DNA of 64,000 nt from positions 64,001-128,000 of the forward strand of contig CAWECG010000001.1 in assembly GCA_963807605.1 (NCBI GenBank), given 5' to 3'. A program made the translations under genes and the position numbers. The notes below the pieces were generated by a model. It was not told where the DNA came from. It saw nothing but the letters and a program-made list of their open reading frames with translations, and made no database searches. This stretch comes from Candidatus Bathyarchaeota archaeon (lineage in GTDB: Archaea > Thermoproteota > Bathyarchaeia > 40CM-2-53-6 > RBG-13-38-9). The number at the start of each line of letters is the position of its first letter. Position 1 is the stretch's first letter. Of this stretch, positions 27,820-36,963 are shown in pieces.

Positions 27820-29088
27820 TTGTCTATGGGCCAAGAACCCTATTATCCTTATGATGAGGAGAGAAGGAGAGCGGCCGCGCGTGCTATGGGCCAAGAACCC
27901 TATTATCCTGGTGATGAGGAGAGAGGGAAGAGAGATAGACAGAGGGATGAGAGTGGTGCTACTTCTAAAAGGCAGATTTATGCCCTTGTCGGACTGTTCA
28001 TGATAAGTGTTCTGGTAATCGGTGTAGTTCTAGCTCTCTTGTCCAGCGGAGTAGGTCAAAGCAGCGGCAACGGGAGTTGGTGGCAGAAGGTCTCCATAAC
28101 ACACACACCCATCACAACATCATCACTCGGCACGGATATAGTGGTAACCGCCAACGTCATCGGAACCCCCAAAAATGTCACATTAAACTATCTAATCATA
28201 CCTAACAATGCCACATATTCAATAATTCGGACCGTTGCACCAGAGACCGTTTATATGCTCTTACTGTCGCCTGGAGGTACTCAGTATTCCTATACGATTC
28301 AAGGCACTGAGGTGCTGGGGGACGTGACCTATTACATATCGGCTGCTGATGCCTATGGAAACAGCGCGGTAACACCACAATATAAAATACTGGTCGATGA
28401 TTACAATATCCAAACTTCGCTTAAACTGATGACTGTCTATGTGTCGTATCCTGCAACGACAACGGTTTACGTGAATTCCCTTAACAATTGGGTCTCTCCA
28501 ATCTCATTGAGAGCCACCGTGCTCGGTCTGCAAGCACTACCGGGAGGATTGGAAGCGGACTTTACCCCGCAGACTGTGTCACCACCTAAGGGTGGAACAG
28601 TGACCGCAACAATGACAGTAAGGGCTACATCAAACCAATTCGTTCCAGGTGGCATCTACTATATGAGAGTGGAGGGGCTTGCTTCTACTCCAAGAGGGTC
28701 CTTCATGAGAAACGGTTCAGAAACACAACTTGAGGTTCCTGACTTCAATTTCACAGTGACCCCGACAGCCCAGAGCGTGGTAAGACAAGTCGTCAACCAG
28801 ATAGTCGAGCAGATAACACCCTTCAATCTCACAATAAATATAAATCAGGGATTCGAGTCAACGCTAGCCTTCCGTACTTCCGGTCTGCCCACAACTGGAT
28901 TATTCATACGTTGGCTTAATGCAAATTCTACTATTCACACGAACGGAAGAACCATTGTGACTCTTCAGATCGTAACAGATACCTCGGTTGAAACAGGCAG
29001 TTATACGTGTACTATTTACGTTTCAGCTGGAGGGCTCGAGAAGTGGCAACAAGTCTCATTCGTTGTATTAGCGACCACGCAATCATAA
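27820..29088 (+). CDS. Membrane-anchored extracellular protein with beta-sandwich (Ig-like) domains
   Basis: Charged N-terminus, single TM helix, ITHTP...YYISAAD.YGN module, two Thr/Val-rich modules, many N-x-S/T sequons. Confidence 0.8.
   Translation: MSMGQEPYYPYDEERRRAAARAMGQEPYYPGDEERGKRDRQRDESGATSKRQIYALVGLFMISVLVIGVVLALLSSGVGQSSGNGSWWQKVSITHTPITTSSLGTDIVVTANVIGTPKNVTLNYLIIPNNATYSIIRTVAPETVYMLLLSPGGTQYSYTIQGTEVLGDVTYYISAADAYGNSAVTPQYKILVDDYNIQTSLKLMTVYVSYPATTTVYVNSLNNWVSPISLRATVLGLQALPGGLEADFTPQTVSPPKGGTVTATMTVRATSNQFVPGGIYYMRVEGLASTPRGSFMRNGSETQLEVPDFNFTVTPTAQSVVRQVVNQIVEQITPFNLTININQGFESTLAFRTSGLPTTGLFIRWLNANSTIHTNGRTIVTLQIVTDTSVETGSYTCTIYVSAGGLEKWQQVSFVVLATTQS
27824..27924 (+). repeat. 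Direct repeat, 60-bp period, 41-bp core with 2 mismatches (encodes MGQEPYYPxDEER twice)
   Basis: ctatgggccaagaaccctattatcct(ta/gg)tgatgaggagaga at 27824 and 27884. Confidence 0.95.
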
Positions 29089-29250
29089 ATGGAGTATTAA
29101 CGCTCGCTTCTTATGAGTTGTCCTTGCAGGATCTGAACAGATCAGTATAGGCTACATTAGCCTGACATCCAACTAAAGATTATTTCATGGAGCGGTAGCT
29201 AGCGCCTTCACAAGAAAGGGAATAATATCCTTTTAGAGTGACATCTCGGG

Positions 29251-30618
29251 ATGCTTGGGTCAAAGACAATTCGCTGGGACGACTGGATCGGGAATGCAAG
29301 CCCTACCCCCTTTGGGGGCACAGGCACTAGCGGCGAAATGATGTTGACCCGAAGTCCAGGGTCAAAAATATGCCTTCTTTGCAGAGGAGGTAAGATGCTG
29401 TGTGGAAAGTTTCAATGCCCAGTAGTCGCTCGAGCTGAGGCTTTAGTCAAACTGCGTGGATTGATTGACAAGGAGATTATAGCGGGTTCGACACCACCAG
29501 CAGTCTTTGTAGGACGTTTTGGGTATCCAAGAGTCAACATTGGACCGATGATCCCTCCCTATTATGGGGATACCGAAATACTAGATACTCCTGAACTGTG
29601 GATGGGAAAGTCGATAGAGGAAGTGATCGATTATCGATTCTCTCTGGTAAGAGGAAAGTCTAGGTCACATGTTTTTGAGGTACAAAAGCCCAGTAGACTT
29701 CTGGAGACGCTCCAAGAGCTCGCCATGGGGGAGAAGCCTGCTGACACAGAAGCAGTCTTCACAAGGAAACCCCGAAGAATGTTGGTCTTGAGTGACGATG
29801 CGCAGCCTTTTGGTCCATCTGCTCCTATGAAGAGTTTCATAACGTCCAACGTTTCAGTCGATAGGAGAATCGAGAAATCTTTCTACGACAGGGATATGAA
29901 AGCCTCTGAAGCTATTTTATCCCTATACAAGGCTGGAGTACTTGTAACAAGGATTCAACGCTCCTTCAGCCTTGGAATGTTCGGTGTCTCCTCAAAGAGA
30001 CGTCTGGTGCCAACTAGATGGGGAATTACTGCTATAGACAGCACCATATCTTCGAAGCTCATCGAAGAGGTCAAACAGTTGCCCACCATCGATGAGTATC
30101 TCGTGTATACTTTCCGAAACATCGGAAATATCTATACCGCCATACTATTCCCTGAAAAGTGGAGTTTCGAATGGATAGAGGCATGGTTTCCCAAGACCTT
30201 CTGGAACCCCTCAGGTTCACGCCCGGAGCTCATGGGAGATTTTGAACCCTACGAGGGCCGAACTTCATATGCAAGTGTTGGTGGGTGCTACTACTCAGCC
30301 AGGTTAGCACTTGCAGAAAAACTCAGTCGTGAGCGGCGACAAGCGTCAGGCTTGCTTCTAAGAGAAATACATCCAGAGTACATTCTCCCAGTAGGAGTCT
30401 GGAATGTGAGAGAAAGCATTCGAGAATTGTTAAAGATTAAACCAGCGAAGTTTGACACATTCCAGAAAGCCTTTGGCCACGCCCTGAGAGCCCTCACAAT
30501 TCCTTATAGAAGTTGGGTTGCAAGTAGCACATTAGCCAGAGAAGCCGTGTCCCAAAGAAAGCTTACACACTATTTTCATCAAGAGAGGCTTCCACGAGAT
30601 GTCGCCGAAAGCAGCTAG
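29251..30618 (+). CDS. nreA: Nre-family archaeal DNA repair protein
   Basis: CxxC-RG-xxLCG-xxxCP, GSTPPAVFVGRFGYP, RRLVPTRWGITA, GGCYY, PVGVWNVRE; C-terminal PIP box QRKLTHYF. Confidence 0.92.
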   Translation: MLGSKTIRWDDWIGNASPTPFGGTGTSGEMMLTRSPGSKICLLCRGGKMLCGKFQCPVVARAEALVKLRGLIDKEIIAGSTPPAVFVGRFGYPRVNIGPMIPPYYGDTEILDTPELWMGKSIEEVIDYRFSLVRGKSRSHVFEVQKPSRLLETLQELAMGEKPADTEAVFTRKPRRMLVLSDDAQPFGPSAPMKSFITSNVSVDRRIEKSFYDRDMKASEAILSLYKAGVLVTRIQRSFSLGMFGVSSKRRLVPTRWGITAIDSTISSKLIEEVKQLPTIDEYLVYTFRNIGNIYTAILFPEKWSFEWIEAWFPKTFWNPSGSRPELMGDFEPYEGRTSYASVGGCYYSARLALAEKLSRERRQASGLLLREIHPEYILPVGVWNVRESIRELLKIKPAKFDTFQKAFGHALRALTIPYRSWVASSTLAREAVSQRKLTHYFHQERLPRDVAESS

Positions 30619-30778
30619 AATGTTTCGAAAGCTGTCTTTCAACTGTGAATCGATAGCCGCTTCAGCTATGTCCTAGCTTCATCCTCCTCCAGTGTTTTGG
30701 ACTGAAGTCTTAATTGGCCGTCAACGACAAGATAATTTGCTCAGATTTCGATCGCACAACAAATCCGTGGTGATATGC

Positions 30779-31813
30779 TTGGGCGTTGATCTCGGGGGAA
30801 TAATTGAGAAGAAGAAAATTAGTCTTGATGATCTTCGAGGGAAAGCACTCGCCATAGACGGCTACAATGCTCTCTACCAGTTTCTCGCAATCATAAGAGG
30901 AGAGGCGGGCGAACCTCTTATGGATGGGACCGGAAGAGTGACCAGTCATCTCAGTGGGCTGTTCTACCGAACCGTGAACATGATCGAAAAGGGGGTCCGA
31001 GTAGTGTACGTCTTCGATGGAACCCCACCGATATTGAAGGAAATCGAGATCAAGCGAAGAACGCAGATTAAAGATGACGCTCTGATACGGTATGAGGAAG
31101 CTCTCAAACGCGGTGCCATGGAAGAGGCAAGACGCTATGCTCAGATGACTTCCCGGCTGAAGGATGATATGGTTGATGACGCCAAGAGATTGCTGAGCAG
31201 CATGGGTGTTCCATGGGTACAGGCACCCTCAGAAGGCGAGGCACAAGCCGCCTACATCGTGTCAAAGGATGATCTATGGGCTGTGGCAAGTCAAGACTAC
31301 GACTCTCTGCTATTCGGTGCTCCCAGACTGATACGTAATCTCACACTAAGCGGGAAAAGAAAACTCCCTGGGAAGAATGTATACGTGGAGGTAGAGACCG
31401 AACTCTCTGAGCTTAGTAGGGTATTGAAAGATCTCGGGCTCACAAGAGAACAACTTATCGACTTGGCTATACTTCTCGGGACAGACTATAACCCCGGTGG
31501 GGTCAAGGGTATTGGTCCAAAAACTGGTCTTAAACTCATCAAAGAACATGGAGATTTCGAAAGCGTAATCAAGCATCTACCAGATCTAGCGCCAATTGAA
31601 GACCTTATGACTATCCGACAGATCTTTCTCAGACCTAACGTTACTAGCGATTACAAGATCGAATGGGGAAAGCCTGACATCGATGGTATAATCCAGTTTC
31701 TCTGTAGAGAAAGAGACTTCTCAGAGGAGAGGGTCAGAAATGCTATTGACCGTATTCTGAAGAGTGGGAATATCGGAGATCGAATGACCCTCGAGAAGTT
31801 CTTTGGAGGTTAA
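30779..31813 (+). CDS. fen: Flap endonuclease 1
   Basis: (M)GVDL start at TTG 30779 after GGTGA; AIDGYNALYQFL, APSEGEAQAA, SQDYDSLLFG, GTDYN. Confidence 0.97.
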   Translation: MGVDLGGIIEKKKISLDDLRGKALAIDGYNALYQFLAIIRGEAGEPLMDGTGRVTSHLSGLFYRTVNMIEKGVRVVYVFDGTPPILKEIEIKRRTQIKDDALIRYEEALKRGAMEEARRYAQMTSRLKDDMVDDAKRLLSSMGVPWVQAPSEGEAQAAYIVSKDDLWAVASQDYDSLLFGAPRLIRNLTLSGKRKLPGKNVYVEVETELSELSRVLKDLGLTREQLIDLAILLGTDYNPGGVKGIGPKTGLKLIKEHGDFESVIKHLPDLAPIEDLMTIRQIFLRPNVTSDYKIEWGKPDIDGIIQFLCRERDFSEERVRNAIDRILKSGNIGDRMTLEKFFGG

Positions 31814-31815
31814 GC

Positions 31816-32316
31816 TCAAGTAGACTTTCTTCTCAAGTTCAGCCTCAGACTATCAAGGGATAAACTCATCTTGTTTAGGACGTTCTCGCTGGCCGCTACA
31901 GCATTTATCAGCTTCTTTATCTCAGCGCATTGGTTTGCGTACATCGACGCGAGATGCTCATCCTTCGCCATCTGGGCCTGAACGCATTTTTCAAACGTCT
32001 CTTTGGCTCTTTCCTGAAGCCGCCAGATCGTCTTTTCGAGTTTGTCTCTTCCCTCTTCTAACTCTCTGTCGACAACCCGATAATCTCCTCCAACCTCTAC
32101 GGTGATGACTGGGAAGTATCTGCTCAGGACTTGGCCGGTCCTCTCAAGCCTTCCGAGGACCAGTCTGACGCTTCTGGAAGTCCAGCCTAGACGCGTTGAA
32201 ATCTCTTCTACGTCGAGTCCTGGGTTTCTCGAAATGAATTGTAGTAGCTCATTCGACTTTGTTTTTCTTGCGGGACCTCTTTTTACCATTCTGAGTCTTC
32301 CTCCAGAAGCCTTCAC
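31816..32316 (-). CDS. Winged-helix HTH fused to a CdvB/Snf7 (ESCRT-III)-like helical hairpin
   Basis: N-terminal LLQFISRNPGL..EEISTRLGW...VRLVLGRLE..G wHTH; C-terminal FEKCVQAQMAKDEHLASMYANQCAEIKKL resembling the CdvB alpha1-alpha2 turn. Confidence 0.7.
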   Translation of the reverse strand: MKASGGRLRMVKRGPARKTKSNELLQFISRNPGLDVEEISTRLGWTSRSVRLVLGRLERTGQVLSRYFPVITVEVGGDYRVVDRELEEGRDKLEKTIWRLQERAKETFEKCVQAQMAKDEHLASMYANQCAEIKKLINAVAASENVLNKMSLSLDSLRLNLRRKST

Positions 32317-32337
32317 TTCAGTGGCTGAATCCAGCTT

Positions 32338-33021
32338 TTACTCCTTCCATCCTGCCTTGCCCCTCATAGGTACGAATGCGACTCCCCCCAACTCATCTCT
32401 CGCAACGCTCCCATCAGAGTACTTTCTAATTCTAAGCAATGTCTGGTAATGATAGATTCCGCCAACGGGTATTAGAAGGCAGCCACCCAGATTTAGTTGG
32501 CCTATCAGCCCCTGAGGAATGTCTGGAGCTGCACTTGTGACTATAATGGCGTCATAGGGAGCATACTCTTCCAAGCCCAAGGAGGCGTCCTTACATAACA
32601 GGTCAACCCTATCCGCGTATCCGCATCTGTTAATGTTCTCTTTACCGAACTTTGCTAGACCCTCGATTATTTCAACTGACCAGACATGCCCCCACTTGTC
32701 TCTTGGCTCGGCGCCCGAGGCTACAATCTCAGCATACACACAGCCCATGTAGCCGCATCCTCCTCCAATCTCGAGAACCTTCTCTCCAAGAGTCAGTTCG
32801 GAATATTCGCAGAACATTGCAGTCATGTGAAGAGCACTTGTAGTCTGTCCATACCCTATGGGCAAAGGGGCATCAACATAAGCCTCTGATCTAACCTCCT
32901 TGGGAAGGAATTCCTCCCTCGCAACCAGCGACATTGCTCTTACAACACTGACAGAACGCAGGATGCCCTCAGCAGCGAGTAGGTCGACAGCCCTCTTTCT
33001 AAGCTCAGAAAATCTCTCCAG
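32338..33021 (-). CDS. pcm: Protein-L-isoaspartate O-methyltransferase (probable CTG start at 33021)
   Basis: REEF, AYVDAPLPIGYGQTTSA, VLEIGGGCGY, APYDAI, FVPM. The expected N-terminal helix (ELRKRAVDLLAAEGILRS) is in frame upstream of ATG 32934, back to CTG 33021. Confidence 0.92.
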   Translation of the reverse strand: MERFSELRKRAVDLLAAEGILRSVSVVRAMSLVAREEFLPKEVRSEAYVDAPLPIGYGQTTSALHMTAMFCEYSELTLGEKVLEIGGGCGYMGCVYAEIVASGAEPRDKWGHVWSVEIIEGLAKFGKENINRCGYADRVDLLCKDASLGLEEYAPYDAIIVTSAAPDIPQGLIGQLNLGGCLLIPVGGIYHYQTLLRIRKYSDGSVARDELGGVAFVPMRGKAGWKE

Positions 33022-33119
33022 CTATCCCCACCATCCTCAGAAATAGTAATTGTTTTCAACAGGATAAAAGTCTGAGACTCCCGGTAAGCCTGCACAAGAA
33101 TTCCGTTGTTGAGAAGCGA

Positions 33120-33551
33120 ATGACACACGAAGTTGTCGAGAAGATTGAAGCTCACGGCCACAGTGCGGTAAGAGCTACGCATAAAACGACTTTCGAGTTC
33201 ACAAAAGAAGAACACCTGACGTCCAAGGGGGACTGCGTCCTTGCGGTAGGAGCGAGTAAGAGTGTTGCCGAACTTTCTGAAAAATTTAGGAAACTAGCTA
33301 CGAGTGACTTCGCCAAAATAGTTATGATGATTGAGGTTGATAAGATCAATGAAATCGCTGTTGGTAGAGGTAGTGCGTCGCTAACTCTTTCGCACGAAAC
33401 TGATATTGTGGCGCGGAAGAGCAGCTTCACCTGCGGTAGAACTGTGATGATTGGATCAAACAGGGCCGCTGCTGACTTCAGTCGGAAACTTGTTGGGAGA
33501 TTAAGAAATCCTGATGCACGGGTAAGTCTCACTTTGATTGTGCGGGCTTAA
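33120..33551 (+). CDS. DUF371 family protein
   Basis: AHGH..VRATHKTTFEFTKE..LT..GDC, RKS.F...RT, AAD. Confidence 0.9.
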   Translation: MTHEVVEKIEAHGHSAVRATHKTTFEFTKEEHLTSKGDCVLAVGASKSVAELSEKFRKLATSDFAKIVMMIEVDKINEIAVGRGSASLTLSHETDIVARKSSFTCGRTVMIGSNRAAADFSRKLVGRLRNPDARVSLTLIVRA

Positions 33552-34633
33552 GCGATCCTGACATCAATTGCAAGTTGCCATTCTCTCGGTGCGATACCCT
33601 TAACAGTCCTGATAGCATCTATCCCAACGATCTTTCTGCTTGCGCTCTCAATCTTCTCTTTCATGATCTCAAGAATGACCTCATGTGAGACTCCCTCTGA
33701 GACGAATGTATAGAAGTGAATAATTCCCCCTTCATGTTTAAGGAGGTTACATGCCTGGGGAATGAAGGCTATCGATTCAGTAGGCAGGTTCATTATTACT
33801 CGATCGGCAGAGTGCGAAAGCAAACGTACTGAGGTCTCTCGAACATCTGCTAGTACCACAGTGATTCTCCCTCGGAGGCGGTTGATTAAGACATTCTGTA
33901 GCATGAATGAGGCCGCCTCGGGATTGATGTCAACCCCGTAGACCTTCGTAGCATTTCCAAGTTTCGCCGTGATGATCGAGAACGGTCCTACACCTGCAAA
34001 CATGTCAACAACAAATTCTTTAGGCTTCATATTGGAGGCGACTCTTCGGCGCTCAAATGAGAGTCTGGGGCTGAAGTACACCTTGCGCGGGTCCAGTCGA
34101 AAAATACAGCCGGACTCTGAATGCTGCGTCAAGGTCGATCGCTCACCAGCCAGTAAATTGTAACTCCTTACGCGGTAAGTACTGGTCACGGGACCTGACT
34201 TAGCCATCACGGTCTTGACGCGAGGGCTCAACTGCATCAAAGCCTCACCAATGATGTGGCCGTAGGGAAGGAGGCCTTCTGGCATTTCCATGATCGCGAT
34301 ATCCCCCATGATATCATAGGAACGTGGAAGAGCTGCGAGCATATGGGGCGGAAGTTTATCATCGACCGCTTCTATGAGATTCGACGCTCGAAGCTTTCTA
34401 CATCTGAATGAATAATTGGAGATCTGAAGGCCTGCAAGTCTTAATTTGAGAGTCGCCAACTCCTTTTCTGATGGTTGCCTAGTCAATGGTATAATCACTT
34501 CGGTATCTGTTGATTCAATCCTAAACTTGCCATCCAGAATTCCAAGTTCCCGTGCTGCAGACAAGGCAACCTCACCGAGGCTCCTAACCACTTTGAGGGA
34601 AGGTCGCTGACTCAAAATAGGTCCAACCTGCAT
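33548..34633 (-). CDS. trm5: tRNA m1G37 methyltransferase, Trm5b type
   Basis: YDIMGDIAI, VYFSPRL..ER, DMFAGVGPF, DINP, VIMNLP. Confidence 0.9.
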   Translation of the reverse strand: MQVGPILSQRPSLKVVRSLGEVALSAARELGILDGKFRIESTDTEVIIPLTRQPSEKELATLKLRLAGLQISNYSFRCRKLRASNLIEAVDDKLPPHMLAALPRSYDIMGDIAIMEMPEGLLPYGHIIGEALMQLSPRVKTVMAKSGPVTSTYRVRSYNLLAGERSTLTQHSESGCIFRLDPRKVYFSPRLSFERRRVASNMKPKEFVVDMFAGVGPFSIITAKLGNATKVYGVDINPEAASFMLQNVLINRLRGRITVVLADVRETSVRLLSHSADRVIMNLPTESIAFIPQACNLLKHEGGIIHFYTFVSEGVSHEVILEIMKEKIESASRKIVGIDAIRTVKGIAPREWQLAIDVRIA

Positions 34634-34691
34634 TCTCTGCCGCTACCAGTGACCGAACTTATACGGCTTTTCTAACATGTCCATTTAGAAA

Positions 34692-35345
34692 CTAGACTAA
34701 GAAAAATAGATAGAGCGCCAGACCTACCAATACAAGTCCGCTAGCTCGCTGGATTTTGGAAGTTGCACTGACTATTTTCTTGAGAAGCAAACCTCTGGCT
34801 TTAGCCACCAGGAGTGTTGTTAAGATCAAAGGAATAATCATTCCAAGAGCAAAAAAGAGGAAGGCAAGAATTCCATCTAGAATATCACCAAAGGTCGAGA
34901 CATAAAACATGATGGATATGAATACTGGAGCTGAGCAAGCTAACGACGCAAGGCCATACGTCAGACCGTAGATGAAAAGCCCATAAAAGCCTCCCCGACT
35001 AGTTGCATGGACCTTCAGGTAGAACCTTGGATAGCCAACTCCAAACAACATGCTGAGACCTAAGATGCCGATGATGACGGCGGCGAAATAATGTGCAAAC
35101 GGAAGAAACCTTAGTAATGAACTTCCAAGACTGTAAGTAATCAAGCCGATTACCGAAAAGATGACTACTAACCCAAGACCACAAGTTAACCCTCCCTGAA
35201 GTGCTCTCTGGCTACTCATCTTGGCGCCAAGATAATAGGCAACATAACCTGGAAGGAGTGGGTAACTGCAGGGAGATAAGAGAACGAAGAACCCGCTTAT
35301 CAGAGCCAAAGAATAATCGATTATATGCACTCTAGGGACCCGCAT
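34692..35345 (-). CDS. ccdA: Cytochrome c biogenesis / disulfide transport protein CcdA
   Basis: SPCSYPLLP and ACSAP Cys-Pro motifs; about six TM helices. Confidence 0.88.
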   Translation of the reverse strand: MRVPRVHIIDYSLALISGFFVLLSPCSYPLLPGYVAYYLGAKMSSQRALQGGLTCGLGLVVIFSVIGLITYSLGSSLLRFLPFAHYFAAVIIGILGLSMLFGVGYPRFYLKVHATSRGGFYGLFIYGLTYGLASLACSAPVFISIMFYVSTFGDILDGILAFLFFALGMIIPLILTTLLVAKARGLLLKKIVSATSKIQRASGLVLVGLALYLFFLV

Positions 35346-35461
35346 CCAACACAGGTAGGCAAAGGTTAATGATTGTTAACCGAAAGCCAAGTCTTATTAC
35401 CTTTTCTCAGCCTTTCAAGGCGAGAAATGTCTCTAACACCGTGAAGACTATTTGCCTGAAA

Positions 35462-36846
35462 TTGACACTCCCCTGCCTAAAGACAGGGGATTCTAGTTTC
35501 TATCATGTTCATCGGTTGATGGGTCATAGCGTTGTTGCGCTCCCACCTCATTCCATCCCACTTTAGAAGGTTAGGGCGTGTCATCGCCCTGTTAATGACT
35601 CCCGCAGGAAGCTTAACCCCCTGAGTGAGTCCTATATTTACAACACCAATAGCATCCCTATGAGCCTCCAATCCACAGTTAAGGCATTTGAAGAGTCTGC
35701 CTTTCCTCTCAATGTTCTCTGAGCCGCATCTTACGCATTTGCTCGATGTTTTGTATTCGCTAACTTCTCTCACTCTTATGCCGTACTCTTGCGCTGTATA
35801 CTTCAGTCTTTGAATAATGTAGTTGAAGCTCCAGAAGTTGTGGATTATGGCGTTGCTCTTCTTTCCTTTATCGTTGCCGTCTCTGATGCCTGTTAGGTCT
35901 CCTATCACAATCTTTGAAACACCGAGATCGTACAGGTCTCTTACCATGACTCTTATCATGGTGTTGATTGCTTGCCTGAATCTCCGTTGCCTTATTCTAT
36001 ACAGTCTACTGAGGCGCTTCGAACTTTTCTTGCCATTAACTGCTTCAAGTCTCCTCTGACATTCCGCTATCCTATTGACCCAGTACCACCAATCAGAGAG
36101 TAGATTTCTCCCACTGTACGATATTGGTTGCCTCCATCCTTCAAGCCAGATGGTGAACAGGTTAATGATACCGATGTCGATGTAGCATGTCTTGGAGCCT
36201 CTCGGCTTGAATAATGGCCTAACCTTAACTGCCTGAAAGACACGCCACTTCCCATCAACCTCATCATAGATGACCTCGGCCTTTCCCTGCTTGCCACCCC
36301 ATCTGGGCTTGCCTCGGATGGGTATCTCCATCTTCTTGGGTAGTTTCATCACTTCATCCTTCAGGCTGTAGATGTCGTTTCTCAGAACCAACATCAGCCT
36401 GTATTTTCCATCTCGCTTCCAGTATCCAGGCATACACACCTTCTCAATGTTCGGCGGAAGTTTGCCTTCTCGCTCCATCTTCTTGAGGGCGAAGAAGCTC
36501 CTCCATGATTCGTTGCTCTTCCTGATGATTTGCTGTGCTGTCGCTGAATCAATCAACGATGAATATTTCTGGTAGAGGTCTTTGCATATCCAATCTATTG
36601 GTTGATAGTTCATGTATGCCTGTCTTTTGCGGTATGTCGCCTCATTCCAAAGTTTGGCACAGTTGGTAGCTTTATCCCTCAGTATCCTCTCTTGTTCCAC
36701 CGTTGGATCAAGGATGAAGGTGTTGGTTCTCCGCATGAAACTACCAGCACTATTATTGAAAAACCAGACATTTAAGCCCCAAACGTCTCACTCTGGAGCG
36801 CAATTCATCCCACCCCTGAAGGAGTGGACTTTCTTGCTAGTTCAAT
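35462..36846 (-). mobile_element. IS200/IS605-family element encoding TnpB only (IS1341-like), with IS608-like ends
   Basis: Left end TTAC|ATTGAACTAGCAAG-AAAG-TCCACTCC-TTCA-GGGGTGG; right end GAAT-CCCCTG-TCTTTAGG-CAGGGG-AGTG-TCAA|; no tnpA. Confidence 0.9.
35477..36736 (-). CDS. tnpB: RNA-guided endonuclease TnpB
   Basis: RuvC-I YIDIG, IVIGDL, VSEYKTSSKC, CxxC..CxxC zinc finger, RuvC-III HRDAIGVVNI; stop codon lies in the right-end hairpin. Confidence 0.95.
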   Translation of the reverse strand: MRRTNTFILDPTVEQERILRDKATNCAKLWNEATYRKRQAYMNYQPIDWICKDLYQKYSSLIDSATAQQIIRKSNESWRSFFALKKMEREGKLPPNIEKVCMPGYWKRDGKYRLMLVLRNDIYSLKDEVMKLPKKMEIPIRGKPRWGGKQGKAEVIYDEVDGKWRVFQAVKVRPLFKPRGSKTCYIDIGIINLFTIWLEGWRQPISYSGRNLLSDWWYWVNRIAECQRRLEAVNGKKSSKRLSRLYRIRQRRFRQAINTMIRVMVRDLYDLGVSKIVIGDLTGIRDGNDKGKKSNAIIHNFWSFNYIIQRLKYTAQEYGIRVREVSEYKTSSKCVRCGSENIERKGRLFKCLNCGLEAHRDAIGVVNIGLTQGVKLPAGVINRAMTRPNLLKWDGMRWERNNAMTHQPMNMIETRIPCL

Positions 36847-36963
36847 GTAAAATTTCACCTTAAGCTACGGATGACGCCACAATGCGTAATGTCCACCCAG
36901 ATTCCCGAAAGACAAATATGTCATCCAAGACTTCTTCAAGACTCCTATGCCTGACAGAGGGCA

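Noticed and set aside
27824-27924. Repeat as a mini-CRISPR array
   Set aside because: Only two copies, in frame within a CDS, 19-nt spacer, no cas genes.
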